A stretch of DNA of 64,000 nt from Octopus vulgaris (lineage: Eukaryota). Location: NCBI GenBank assembly GCA_951406725.2, contig OX597816.1, forward strand, positions 66,402,001 through 66,466,000, read 5' to 3'. Positions 50,395 to 64,000 of this stretch are shown piece after piece. The notes under the pieces are model-generated. The model searched no databases. It was not told where the DNA came from and worked only from the letters and a program-made list of their open reading frames with translations. Each line of letters opens with the position of its first letter. Within the stretch, counting starts at the first letter, position 1. The position numbers and the translations under genes are program-made.

Positions 50395-51559
50395 CTGAAA
50401 TTGTAATATTATTTTCAACAAACATTTAATACCAGACAAAGATTAATAAACAATTCTGATTCTAAAATTACATGAAAACTTATAAAACTATAACATGTCT
50501 TATCTCCCTACTGTTTCCAGTTTAGGTATGGGATGGCAGAAGAGGTACACAAACTGCAAAAAATATTATATTTGGGTGTTTCCTGATTACAGGACATTCA
50601 ACAAGGTCGATATTTCTTTCTATTAATCTCCAAAGTCGAAATAATAAGCACCAGACGAAGTGCTGTGTTTGATATAATCAACTAAAATCCTTGAAGGCTA
50701 TGCCCCAGCATGGCCAAAATACAATCACCAAAGCCAGTGAAGGGTTAAAAGAATACAAGGGATTAGTACTTCAATCTCATTCATTCCCAGAATTAAAATT
50801 TAAAAAATGTCCTTTTTCTATGCTGCAAAAACATTTATAGATACTTTTGTTGCATAAAAAGAGGACATATTTTAATGAGCCATGGCACAAAAAAAAATAA
50901 TAAAATAAACCAAGAAAAATTCATTCCCAAGTGATATATTTTATTTCTGATAAAAACAGTTTGAAGTATATAACTTATATTTGGCAACCAAATTCTTCAA
51001 TTATTTTTAAATCTATCTGACAGAATAATATGCCACAAACAACTGACATTTTGCTCTAATTACAAAAATAAAATAGCATTTAATGGCTCTCAGAAAAATT
51101 TAAATAAATAAAATAAGTGAAATGTGTCAGAATTCTTTGCTAGTTCTAAACTGGCAGCATCATAACCAATTTGAGTTATCCAAGATGTGGATATTGCTAT
51201 TTAAAAACTATTTTAGGGAACAAACTGTTTAGAAGAAAGAGATGAATAGATTCACATTACTATATATACTGTGCACAGAAGATTGTCAGCATACCAAACA
51301 TTAAATAGAAATAATTCTTTTAAAATTTTGGCACAAGGCCAGCAAGATTAGTAGGAGGGAGTTCAGTTGATTACATCAACTCCACTACTTGAATTGGTTC
51401 TTTATTTTATCAACCCTGAAAGGATGAACAGCAAATGGGATCCTGACAGTATGTGGATTCAGAAAGTGAAGAATCAGAAGAAATGCAACTAAGCATTTTT
51501 GCCACTGAGCATTTTGTCCAACATGCTCATGATTCGACCAGCTTAGTGCCTTATTATAA

Positions 51560-52046
51560 TGAAATAGATGAACATCAATGGAATTTGTATCTTTGTGGTA
51601 CCAGTGCCGGTGGCACACAAGAAAATCATCCGAACGTGGCCGTAGCCAGTACCGCATAGACTGGCCTCCGTGCTTTGGGGACGTAACAAACACCATCCAA
51701 TCGTGGCCGTCCGCCAGCCTCATCTGGCACCTGTGTCGGTGGCACATAAAAACACCATCCGAGCGTGGCCGTCTGCCAGCCTCGTCTGGCACCTGTGTCG
51801 GTGGCACATAAAAACACCATCCGAGCGTGGCCGTTCGCCAGCCTCGTCTGGCACCTGTGTCGGTGGCACATAAAATCACCCACTACACTCTCGGAGTGGT
51901 TGGCGTTAGGAAGGGCATCCAGCTGTAGAAACACTGCCAGATCTGACTGGCCTGGTGCAGCCTTCGGGCTCCCCAGACCCCAGTTGAACCGTCCAACCCA
52001 TGCTAGCATGGAAAACGGACGCTAAATGATGATGATGATGATGATG
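51560..52046 (+). mobile_element. RTE 3' UTR fragment containing 3 x 62-bp tandem units (51691-51875)
   Basis: CACCATCC recurs at 51691, 51753 and 51815; it ends with the conserved tail and (GAT)n. Confidence 0.88.
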
Positions 52047-53704
52047 AAGGAAAGCCCTTTGTAATTGTTGCACTAGGATAACAAGTCCTGTTTTCTTTAA
52101 AGGAATGCAGGGAAACTATTTAGTTTGTTAACTGAAATTATAAAAGTTGGATGTGATGCACTTAATAGCTATTTTGAGGTCAATCCGTTAATCTCAAGTA
52201 ATTTATTATAAAATATACATATAAGAAATTATATAGATAATTATTATTTTTGCTGCTGTTGTCACCATAGGCACCACCACCATCATCAATACCTCAGTTC
52301 AACAGCATTATCTGCTGCAGGAATCCCAGTCTCATTTCCTTACATCCCTTACTTCCACCAAATAATCATGTTTGACACCCTCTCTGCTAGCTTACTTAAT
52401 GTCTATGTTGCAAATGATGCACGAGTGTGTCTTGAATCTATAGTTCCTTTGAATATCTATTTTGAGAAGCAAAACTCATCTCTTTGTAGGTACAGAGTTT
52501 AATGGTGCAAATAGCCAACTGCAGAGATTTGCCATCATTTATTACTGGGAAGTGGTCAGTACAGCAACAATAAGACACATTTTTCAGGACATTTATACAC
52601 TGTTATCGCAATAACATATTTTCCTTTGCTTTAACAATTTTCTCCCAAATAAGGCCTGAGGCCACTGTAATGTAAGGGACTACAAAGAAGGAAAAGATGT
52701 TGATTGACAGAAAGATTAAAGGACTGAAAATCACAGATCAGTGGAAAAGATGATGATGATGGTAGTGAGTTCCAGAAAGCAGCCGTTCAAGAAAAAATGC
52801 AATTAGAAAAAAATAGGTCTTATGACTAACAAGAAGATCAACAGAGAAATGATGTGCCTGGAAAGAGAAGTGGGTAACATATTTAAAGGTCTTAACAGAG
52901 TACTAGACCAGAAAGTTCATCAGAGCAATGACCATGAAAATACACAATAGATAACACCAGTATTTTCTTCCCGCATGTCTTCTTTTTACTTCAACTTTTG
53001 TCAATGATTCTAACCTTATACCAAGTAGCTACTTATGTACATCACCACATCCATTTTCATAGAAACCAAAGTAATTATATTTGGAATCAGTCCAGAGCAG
53101 AGTTAAAACAGTATTTCACTAACATTAGAGTTACCACCATCACCGCCAGGACTACCAAAAGAACAACAAGTTGCAGAGATTAAGGCTGAAATAAGTAGCC
53201 AAGAAGATAAGCTGCTAAAACTCTTGGCACACATACACAAACCATTCTCCAGTCTCAGATGGCTTAGAGAGACTGTGAGCACTGCTTAACTTCGACCAAG
53301 CAACAATAACAAACTTGCAAAATGAATAATCAGTTGTGTATAGCCTGTTCTTAGAATAGGCATGCTACATCCCTATGCATTGCAAAAGGTGATTAAAAGA
53401 GCTTGTAATAGGAAGGGCATCTGACTATAAAACACTACCTCAGGGGATCTATCCAACCTATGCCAGTGTAGAACAATTGTCTATAAACAATAATGATAAG
53501 TATGATGATGACAATAATGATGATGATAATAATGATGACAGTTATGATGATGACAATGATGATGATATGATAACATCATAATTTTGGAAGGTGACTTAAG
53601 AGTTTCTTTTAAAAGAAGAATGAAAAACAACATGGAAGAACTTAAATGTAATGAAGAAAAAAGTGAACAAGTATAACAGTAAAAAAGAGGATATTCTTAA
53701 ATAC

Positions 53705-53788
53705 CTGCAAGTTTTCAAGAATGTTGCTTGCCACAGATGTTAGAGTGACAAGCCAAGAACTTGAAGAAGCCTTTGATTTCCCAGATTG
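53705..53788 (-). CDS. VPS13D: VPS13D exon (QSGKSKASSSSWLVTLTSVASNILENLQ), 84 nt
   Basis: AG/GT boundaries; the ILENLQ motif is typical of VPS13 chorein-N. Confidence 0.92.
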
Positions 53789-55127
53789 CTGCAAAAAATG
53801 AATAAATAAAAAATAAAATAACTGATTTACAAAATATTTTAGAAAAAAAGAGAAAAAGCAACTATCAAATAATGATTTCTTACAAATAGTATAAATCCCC
53901 TCCCCCCAATAAAAAGCTAAATAGTTGTTTAAATTACTTCTAGAGGTGGTATTATTCATTGATTGCAGAAGTAAAAGTTTGTTTCTAGCAAAATTTTGTA
54001 TTAAAAACCTGAACTGAGAAGATATTCAATCTGGTGCTCAACAGTATTGGTTTTGGACTGAACCAAAAGACATCAATTATTAACAAAAGTAATTTCTTAG
54101 TTGTATGTGTGTGAGAAAGAGTCAAGTAAATCAAGCACACTTTATCTATTAGTACTTATTTCCTCAACTAGGGAACTTGAACCAGCAAATGAACTCGGTG
54201 AACAATTGCTTAACCGGTTAGAAATAGAAGTCAAATTTCCCTGAAATCACATCCTACTGTCTTGAAAAAAAAAAGAAAGGATGCTTTCAGCAATGTTGTC
54301 TGAAAAACATTGTCAGAAAATAAGTCGGGATGGTTATAGCTGGAATGCCTTTGATCTGGGCTGTCCTAAAGCTAAACAACAATCACCATCATGAAGAGCT
54401 TAAGTGCAAAGCTAATACCAGCATTTTTTGAAATCAGAACATAAATGAACAGAACTACATAATATAGCACTTTTAATTGAGTAGTCTGCTGTTTCTGAAA
54501 ACTCATTGCCCTGTAATAAATGATGTCTGTATATAATAATGAAACCCCAGAAATACATAAGGCAGGATAAAATGAAGTTACGATGTCTACATAAACTTTG
54601 GCAGAACCATTTTGGCACTGCTGGTTTGTCACTGACTTATTTGATGTCAAACATGTTAATGTTTTTCTCTCTCTTTCTCTTTCTTTATGTGTTTATGTGT
54701 ATGAGCATCTAGTTACATTTAAATCTATGTGTAATCCTCTCTCTTGCTTTCTCTCACTATATGCATGTGTATATTTCTTTGTGTACATGTGTCTGTCTGC
54801 CTCCAGTGACAAAACACACTGTTACCAAAACATGCTGAATATCCAGTCAGCTGTGCCAAACTGTCAATGTCCAAAGGGCACTGCTCAATCATCTCGTTCT
54901 GACATAAATCATAACTGAAAGCTCAAACTGAAAATCAAAACCTGGACTCAAGTTTCCAAGACTTTACATCCACCAATAATACAAAATTCCTTTCTTACAT
55001 CCACCACCATTACAAAACTCTTATTATAAAATTATTTCTTAATAAGGATTTCTTAAATGTGAAAAAGATTTATAAACAGATTCTTAAAATGATTTTGTTT
55101 TTAATGACAAAAAACATGTTAATTTAC

Positions 55128-55205
55128 CTTTAACATATCATCAACAGTCTCAAGGGCAAGTTGTTTTGAACTTTGGTAGAGTTTTTTCCGTTCAATCTTA
55201 TCACA
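55128..55205 (-). CDS. VPS13D: VPS13D exon (CDKIERKKLYQSSKQLALETVDDMLK), 78 nt
   Basis: Polypyrimidine tract with CAG acceptor, GTAAAT donor, phase 0/0, open frame. Confidence 0.85.
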
Positions 55206-55586
55206 CTGCAAAAGTAAAAGAAAGGAGTAAGGATAAACTGAGGTTCAAGATAGGCTATTCCTTTATTCTTTTAGTCATTAGGTTACAGCTATGCTGGAAG
55301 ACAACCTTTAAGGGTTTGAGTTGATTTATATCAAGCCAATAATGTATATAGTGCTTATTTTACTGACCTCATAAGGTGAAAGGGTCAAGTCAACATAAGC
55401 ATAAAGAGAAATAACTAGAATGGGGACTAAATATCACATGATCTCTTTATACTTTGTACTAATTTTGCCATTGTACACTGACAGAAATATCCGTGTATGT
55501 ATGTGAGTGTGTGAATGTATACATACATATAATAGATACATATACATTCATCTGTATCTACCTATCAATCTCTCTCTCTTACACAT

Positions 55587-55642
<56 letters not shown>

Positions 55643-56576
55643 ACAGGGACATAGAAATTCCAGGTTAGTGTTTGGTGTACTGTAAGACCACTGGAAGAGA
55701 AAGTATGTCGCTAGGAGAAAGTACTACTGTGTCCACAGCTACACCAGGGATATAACGGAGTGGCAGTCTGACCTCAGCAGTCATGAGAGGTACCCAAACT
55801 AGAAGAACGACAACTCCTCTGAGCTTAAACACTTACTACTTGTGAGTTACTGCAAAGAGGTGAAGGCTAAGGAAGTCAAAGCTGATGCTAAATCAGGTTG
55901 GAAGATAACTCAAGTACCACCAACCCTATTCATCCCAAAGACAGCATGAAGTCACAATGAGTGGATTGCAGTGTGTGTGGCAAAGAATATTGGTTGTATC
56001 AGAGGTCTCTATTGACCCTCAGCCATAATGATGGGAATATTTATTCATTCACACTCACATACGACAGGCTTCAGTATAGTTAGTGTCTACCAAAATTTAT
56101 AATTTTTGGTTGAACTGAGGCTGTGGGAAAAGGCGCTTACCCAAAGTGCAACACAGTGAGGTTGAAACTGGAACTGCAAAGCTGCAAAGTGAACTTCTGA
56201 CTCACAAAACTATGCCTGTACCCAATGTATTTTCAAAAATTGTAAAGGACATAATAATGGCTTTAGCTCAAAAACTGGTTTAAAATTTTGGCACAAGGCC
56301 AGCAATTTCAGAGGAGGGAGTAAGTCAATTACATCAACCCCAGTACTCAATTGGTACTTATTTTATTGACCTCCAAAAGGGTGAAAGGCAAAGTTGAGCT
56401 TGGTGGAATTTGAACTCAGAATGTAAATACAGATGAAATGCCAATAAGCATTTTGCCTGGTGAGATAACAATTCTGCCAGCTCGCAAAATCATAAAAAAA
56501 TGCATGGCAGTAAGACTGGAATTATGTCACATCAAGAAGCAGCAGAGAACAAAATATGTTATAAACTGATACTTAC

Positions 56577-56689
56577 ATCTGCATGTTTCATAGGTTCAAC
56601 AATGATGTAGACACCTTCCATTGTGATGACCCATGGTTCACTGTGAATCCGTGTCACTGGGATTTTTAAGGTGATTTTACGTATCATCC
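56577..56689 (-). CDS. VPS13D: VPS13D exon (GMIRKITLKIPVTRIHSEPWVITMEGVYIIVEPMKHAD), 113 nt, phase 1/0
   Basis: CAG acceptor and GTAAGT donor; chorein-N motif KITLKIP...EPWVI; in frame with both neighbours. Confidence 0.93.
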
Positions 56690-59130
56690 CTGCAACGTAG
56701 AAGTGATCACACATAGTGACGTAAATGAATAAAATATGATCTGAGAACTGAATGTATTTAGCAATTAGGCAAGAATTAAATACTTCAACTGAAGAGAGTT
56801 AACGATTTAATAACACATGAGTTATTAAAACAAAACAGCCAATACACATGAACTATCAAGACATTTATTAACAAAGAAGAAACCTACTAATGCTTCCTCA
56901 TTAAAAGCAGATCGAAACATTATACAAAGAGAAAAAGAAAAACAGTGTTACTTTAAAATTTCAAGAGACAAAGTTTACATTGATCAATCAATCTTATCTT
57001 TATTCTAGCACAAAAAAGAATGGCTAATAGACTAGTTTAATAATCTTTGTAAAAGTTTCATATTAAGGATTCATTTATCATAAATTTGATGTGTGTGGGT
57101 AGCTAACATTGCTAAAAATGTTTGATAGGTTTCAGTAACATATGAAAAAAAAATACAGTCATGGGTACTAGGGCCAAACTGATTAAGACAGTTTTGAAAG
57201 GAAAGAATAATTTCCTTAATGACAGATACACAAAGCAAAATTATAAAACACAAGGCGCACACACAAGAAAATCAAAAATCTTGTGTTTTTAGTAAATATA
57301 TATTTCTAGTCTCAGTATGAAAAGTGGTTACCATGTATAAATAAGACTTTTCTATGTGACCAGAGTAAAAAAAAAAAACAGTTTGGCAAGTTTTGGCATT
57401 TGTTAACATTTCATCAGAGAACAGTTACTCATTCCTGTCCACAGAGAAAATAGATAACTTATGGCTGTTTAAAATATATGCAAACTTGAACACAATTAGC
57501 CAGACTAATTTGCATAACATTGACAGCATGAATGAATACATTAATTAATCACTGATAAATGCAGAAACTAAATCAATCTCTTTTCCTCGTTACAGACAGA
57601 AGCAGCTGTGGTTTAATCTAGGTGTCTACTTATTACACCCGGGTTAAGTGTGCTTACTAAAAACACTTGCTTGTAAGTTTACTTTGTGCTTCTAAACACA
57701 CATACACACAATCCTGCAACAGAAGGGTTCCATAACTAAAAGTGTATTATGGCATCAAAACCCCAGCCTCATCTCTGTTCCAATAAAATACATTGATCTA
57801 CTTCAGTTGATCAGTGAAACTGGAGAATCAACTTATTTTTATTAGCATTAAGACATCACAATAGATTAGGTTTTATGATTCACTTGTACCACATTCTTGG
57901 CAACAATTCTTTCATTCCCTTTTAGGACACCAATTTCTTTACTTGTAGCTGAGTATCGTATGAGAAATAAGTTTGGTACTTTTTTTTGCCATACTCCCTC
58001 TAATATTAGAATATGAAGGCATTGCAAATGAGAGATTTCAGCTACCTCAGTCACCTATAATCAAATCATTCGTTCACAATTCATATTTGGAAACCTTAAG
58101 TGAAAGTTTTCTTAAACTTTAATGCAAAACTTGTCTTTCTTCATTGTCACCTAATAATACATTTAACCATGAGAGAGAAAGAAAAACTTTTAAAAAAATA
58201 ACAAAAAAAACAAAGACACTAAGAAAGAAATACTGTAGAAGAGAGAGAGAGACAGACAGAAATTGAAGAACTAACTGAAAGCGTTCTACAAAATTAATTT
58301 TATCTGAGCTAAATCAGTTTTTCATTCTAACAATTGACAACATAAATAGAATTGGCATTTAAATCAATGGAATTAAAAATAGCTGCTGATCAACCAGTAG
58401 ATTCCAATTTTACTGACTACTACCTACAGACCTGACATGGAGTTGGATGAAGAAACGAAGAACCACAATGAAAAGCCAACAGTCCCCATCTATCACTGGG
58501 ACAGTATTGTGTCCTTGTGAAAGCTAAATCCTGACAAGTCCTGTTGGTCCACTAAAAAACACTTGATCTCAGCCACCTGGAATATTGCTATGCTACTAGT
58601 AATGTTCACCTTATAATGTCAATTGTACTTCTGAGTAAGAGACAATCTTACATGGAGAACACTCTCTGTGCAGTAACAGAACTACTCTCTGGAGTGAAGA
58701 CAGCAGAGATATGATTTCATTTATATATAGAAAATCTGAGACTGAAATTAAACTTTGGCACTGCAAGAAGCAAATCCTGAAACAGGATGCCACTGCATAT
58801 TACAAAAACTCTCTCTCTCTCTTTCTCTGAATTAGGACCAGATACTGTAATAGCTTAGAGTTGAAACAGATCTTCAAGATCATCTTGTAAATTATAAAGA
58901 ATTTGCACAGATAGATGTCAACACTTGGACATTCTATTGTATGAGAGACCAGATGAACCAATATTATAGTCTCAGAAACACAGTGGTTAATAGCATCAAA
59001 CTCCCTTACCCAAATACCAAATGCAGGACAATGGCTACAGCAAAATGGATAGTGGTCCGTTCCTTAACTCATAAGAACCAATAAAACAATAAAAGAGTAA
59101 ATAAGTTTATGGATAAAAAATAACACAAAC

Positions 59131-59208
59131 CTTTCTTGAGCTGCAAAGGCAGCCCAAACTGGTTAAAGACATCTTTCTTCAAGATGAGATCATCAAGCTG
59201 AACAGCAC
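59131..59208 (-). CDS. VPS13D: VPS13D coding exon, chorein-N (GAVQLDDLILKKDVFNQFGLPLQLKKG), 78 nt, phase 1/1
   Basis: AG at 59209-59210, GT at 59129-59130. Matches the VPS13 N-terminal motif GAVELENLPLKKDAL. Confidence 0.93.
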
Positions 59209-62200
59209 CTAAAAACAAAATGACATATATATATATATATATGTTAGGAACCATTTTAAACAAATTTATAAAACAAGATTAAGAAAATAAGATTCTCTTT
59301 CTCTCTCTCCCTTTTTTTTTCTTTTTTGTTTTGATATAGATAATGAAAAAGATATTTTTAAAATATTATGTCTGTGAGAATGGGTTACGAAATCTAGCAT
59401 TTTCTATGAATTACTGAAGCAGATGTTATCAGCCAATGGTTAATAATACATGCTAGTGAAATCATGGACAGAGAATGCAAAAGACCTAGTGACCTGAATG
59501 AAATAGATTAAATATAGTTCAATGGATATGAACTTCAAAGAAAGGCTGATAGAAAATCAATTGAACAGTTCTTTACAGAAATAGCAGAGCATCAGATGAA
59601 ATGCCTTCAAGTGAAGATTCATCCCTTAATATTTCGAGTTCAAATTTTACTGAAGTCAGATTAGTTTTTCCATCCTTCCAGAATCAATAATACTACTAAA
59701 TATATTGAAACTACTTCAACGATGTACACACCATCATTGTAAAAAAAAATCACCTTTGCATCTCAACAAATGATACCACTGATTTTATTTTCTGTTAGTA
59801 GTCTAGGAGAGATGATAAAACAGTTGAATGATGAAAAAAAAAACGCATTCAGCTCCATACTTCAGTGGTCGGAATTCAAATACTTCTGTAACTGAAACTA
59901 TCATTCAGCCATCTGGAGTAAGAGTTCCAATGAAATTCATACTAGCTGTTGCTTAACGCCAAATCAATCCTGAACATGTAGATCTATAACAGAAAGTACA
60001 CTAGCCTTGATCATCCTTGTTTTTTGGGTTTTTTTCCATTATTATAAACTGTGTATCAAGGCTTACATTGTTTAATGTGTTCTTCAGACAGTGTGTCCAG
60101 AGCTATATCATTCACTTTTTTTTTTTTTTAAAGAGAGTAAAGGAAAGTTTGGTTATTTTTAGTCAGTTGAAAGGCTAGGCATTGAGATAATGTGATCAAC
60201 TTAAATGACTACTCTCCTTGTCTGCAACAACTGACCCTTGGTATAGTTATCATTTACTGTCTACATTTCCATGCTCACATAAGTGAGGTGGAATTAATTG
60301 AGACATATTTTCTTTGGCTGGATGCACTTCCTATCGCCAACCTTCACCTGTTTCCTTTAACAAGGTAATATTTCCCCATGGCTAGACATATTTTCACAGA
60401 AGAATAAATATGAACAACACTGCTTGTATGACAATGACGGTTGTTTACAGCCATCACATGATGTCAAGACAAGGACACACATACAAACAGTTTCCGTCTA
60501 TGAAACCCATTCACAAGGCTTTGGTTGACCTGGGGTTATAGCAAAAGATACTTTGTTAAACAGGAGAGACAAGAAGTTTTCTTTCTGCATAGAACAGTGT
60601 TTAAGTTGAACAGTTACAAGGAGATATGACAAAGTGCTCAGTAAGGCCACCAAATAAAAGATGAGTTGTTGGCATTAGAAAAAAGAAATGAATGTGAGTA
60701 TTATATTTTACTCCTCCCACCTCATCCTTTTAATAACAATCCATCCAGGACAACTTCTTTTAACATGTTCAAATTTCAATTAAAATAATTGAGTAGTCAT
60801 CCTGTTAGAGACCTGTAGAAGGAGGATTTTGAAGTGCTATGGGAGGGGTGGTGCAGTGCCATCCTCAGTAGCAGGGATGGTTCCAGGATGACAAGTCTCA
60901 CATCCTGGCTGAAAGCTCTTTTGTGTTTTTTGGCCTGCCTGTTGCACACTACCAGCTCATTGTTTTACTGTCAGAGTATTCTCCTTTCGTCTTTGTCTCA
61001 ATATACTTACATGAAGGTGATGAGACTATTTGCTCATAATTGAAGTAGTAGCTCACAAGCAGCTGGCTATGTTCATACAGTGGGAGGCCTGCACACCATA
61101 TCTCTGAGGCCCACAACTACTCCAAGATGCCCTGTGGTTTATTAACCAGGAATAGTGAGGAGCTCAGTTTCCATGGAGGTATTGTAAAACTTTAGTGATG
61201 TGAAGTTCTCTGTATACACAGGCAGAAGCCTACACACACAACTATTTTTACTCTCCTTTAATTATTTTGTTAGCATATTTCTGTTGAAATACACCGCCTT
61301 TATTTCAATTAATTAAAAAAATAATGAAGAGTTTAGCAAAATAACTTTGTCACTATTAAGCTAGTGTTTGAAACATAAATTGACAGCAATTTTAAATGGA
61401 AGATTTAAAATTAGATCACTTTCAAGAATAAAGTTTGTATCAGAGAGCCAGAGGTAGTCTCAGGCAGATTGGTATCAGAATGGTTACGGAGAATAACCAG
61501 CATTGGTAGCATCAGTAGCTTTAAGCAGAGAGCAACATGCATCGATTACAAGCAGTATAAATTACTGCACTGCAATCTTTAAACCCACACCTTGTGAAAC
61601 TATATATGTAATACACACGCATTTTGACATTTTTGCAAATGCACATTTTACAGCAGTGAGATCATATAAATAATTGGTTCTAATGTTAGCAGTAACAGGT
61701 ATGTTTACAGTTGCCAAAAGATGCATATTATCAAGATATAAAGAATGCAATATATATATATATATGATACTGTCAACTGAAGGTCGAAGAGAAGATTAAA
61801 GAGGTAGAAGAGGAGGAAAAAAATCCTTGCTAAGCAAATAAAACTTGTATAAGTTTTGTTTGTTTAGGTCTATGTGATGCTTTCGTGAATATGAAACAAA
61901 GTTAGAAATGGGAAACCACAGTATGGATTTATACAAATAGTTTCCTACATACATATAACACATTTTGAAATATAAACAAAAATGAAATAAAATGAAGGAC
62001 TTTCATAAAGTCAAGAAAGAAAGAATAGAATAAAATAGAACAGTGGAATCAGTTATTAATAGAAACTGTATTCTGGCATTCTGAAAATGAAGCAGTGGGT
62101 GGTAGCTCAGTTTAAAAGTAGTCCAAGAAAACAAAAACAATGACAAAGAAGATTAAAAAGAAAATGGACAACCTTTCTTGTATTCAGAATGTGTGTGGTG

Positions 62201-62394
62201 GGGAGATGATGTGCATATATCTATTTTGTCTAATGCCCTTCTATGAATTTTATACGTAAATCACACACACGCAGTGGTCTAAAAGCCTTCATAAAGGCAA
62301 CAAGGGTTTAATGTCAAATCAAATTTAATGAACCATATGCCAATGACTAGAATTATTTTTAAATCAAAGCTTGTCTTCTCATTATTTACAATAA

Positions 62395-62630
62395 GGCAGT
62401 AAGCTTGCAGAAATGTTAGCACGCTGGGCGAAATATGTAGCATTATTTTGTCTATTGTTACGTTCCGAGTTCAAATTCCGCCAAGGTCGACTTTGCCTTT
62501 CATCATTTCGGGGTCGATAAATTAAATACCAGTTATGCACTCGGGTTGATATAATCGACCAATCCCTTTGTCTGTCCTTGTTTGTCCCCTCTATGTTTAG
62601 CCCCTTGTAGGTAGTAAAGAAAAAAGAATA
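62395..62630 (+). mobile_element. SINE family B
   Basis: Plus-strand copy containing GAGTTCAAATTCCGCC...GCCTTTCATC...GGGGTCGATAAA. Confidence 0.85.
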
Positions 62631-63061
62631 TTTACAATAAGTGTTTACGAAAAGTTAGATGGATGTGTGAGCAAATGGATGGCTGGATGGGCAAATAAGT
62701 GGATGAGTGTATGGATGGGTTAGTGTTTGCATGCACATCCACACTATACTCAATGAACTTAAGTGAGTGCAGATTCATCCATTTGGAGTTTTCATTATAA
62801 AAAAAAGGGGGGGGGTTACACTGCTTGCACACAAACATGTACACTCTCACATACACACTATGATGCAGAAGACACAATCATAATGTTAACAGGTCCACTT
62901 CATAATTATATGGTTTTGTATTCAATCCCACTTTGTAGCAACCAGAGCAACTGACTTTTGCTTAGGCTTCTTGAAACATCTGAAGCATTGTGAAAGAAGC
63001 TTGAGAGACGGAGAAGCACAGAAGCTAATTGGATACATAAATACATATAAATATACATAAA

Positions 63062-63098
<37 letters not shown>

Positions 63099-63598
63099 TT
63101 TATTCTTTTATTTGTTTCAAGTCACTTGACTGCGGCCATGCTGGAGCACCACCTTTAGTCGAGCGAATCGATCCCAGGACTTATTCTTCATAAGCCTAGT
63201 ACTTATTCTATCGGTCTCTTTTTGCCAAACCGCTAAGTTACGGGGACGTAAACACACCACCATCGGTTGTCAAGCGATGTTGGGGGGGTCAAACACATAC
63301 ACAAACATATACACACACATACATATATAATTTAGTTTCAGATGAATATCGCACTTAAGTTGAAGCACAAGAATTTAGTACAGTATTATCCATACAATTT
63401 CAAAATAAGGTGATTAAAATCACATTTTAAATTGATGTAATGAAATGATTGCATTGTTCAATGAAATGGAGTTGCATGAAACGATCATACTGCATTACCT
63501 CTGGATATCCTTGTTGCTTATTTTGATTTTATATATATATACACGACAGGCTTCTTTCAGTTTCTGTCTACCAAATCCACTCACAAGGCTTTGGTCAG

Positions 63599-63653
<55 letters not shown>

Positions 63654-64000
63654 GATGGCAGAATCAATAGAGCATCAAACAAATCACCTTGTAGTATTTG
63701 GATATATTTCTTTCCTTTATGTTCCAAGCTGAAGTATCACTATGGCTGACTTATCCTTTCTGCCATCCAGAGTCAACAAATTAAGTGCCAGACCAAGTCC
63801 TGGAGTTGATATAATTGAGTAAAACCCTTGAAGAAAGTGTCCTAGCATGGCCACAGTCTAAATTTTAGTTCTTTCATAGGTTTCAGTCGCAGACTAAAAG
63901 AATACGCTCTCTCTCATACACACATTTTATACACAGGCACACAAACAGTCCAACCGATGCCAGCATGGAAAACAGATGTTAAATGATGGTTGTGTGTGTG

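Larger units (their letters stand above)
2672..59208 (-). other. VPS13D: VPS13D-like gene span (N-terminal part, 25 coding exons traced; gene extends beyond both window ends)
   Basis: The spliced translation is collinear with VPS13D as I recall it: GAVQLDDLILKKD..., KITLKIP...EPWVI, DVHIRYED...PSHPFAVGI, WWDYA, LDIAAPKIIVP, DLQVLVG...DNWK, FTTDPEWP...LSGTLP, ADFHRLNILL...ARKVAT, MASVIYIHSPLFL. All exons have AG/GT boundaries. Confidence 0.93.

Noticed and set aside
51385-52025. Overlapping ORFs with repeated peptides
   Set aside because: They are translations of the 62-bp tandem units in a retroelement UTR.
62940-63010. Possible VPS13D start exon (ATG CTT CAG ATG...)
   Set aside because: In-frame stop after 8 codons and no match to the MLEGLVAW-type N-terminus; the first coding exon probably lies beyond the window.
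81-63732. Numerous 60-160 aa ORFs containing YIYI, THTH, CVCV or LDALPNANH strings
   Set aside because: They derive from microsatellites, SINEs and RTE tails and show no coding signal.

Overview
Eukaryotic, AT-rich, repeat-dense genomic DNA. The SINE, RTE-LINE and microsatellite content looks like an octopus (coleoid cephalopod) genome; this is an inference from repeat style. The whole window lies inside one minus-strand gene, a VPS13D orthologue (chorein-N lipid-transfer protein). I traced 25 coding exons by hand using GT-AG boundaries and reading-frame phase (about 4.87 kb of CDS, about 1,620 aa). The start-codon exon was not found and probably lies beyond position 64000, and the rest of the gene continues below position 1. 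The frame is continuous except across 9472-21025, where the phases do not match and a conserved VPS13D block could not be found. The introns contain two 5'-truncated RTE LINEs carrying a PHD-like C4HC3 finger, many RTE 3'-end fragments with ~62-bp modular hairpin arrays and (GAT)n tails, CR1-type fragments, at least three tRNA-derived SINE families with clear TSDs, piggyBac-like, hAT-like and TA-flanked MITEs, Penelope-like hammerhead remnants, a 23 x 16-bp minisatellite over an RTE stop codon, and several long hairpins. There are no prokaryotic systems or CRISPR arrays. Most of the short ORFs in the track are repeat-derived noise.
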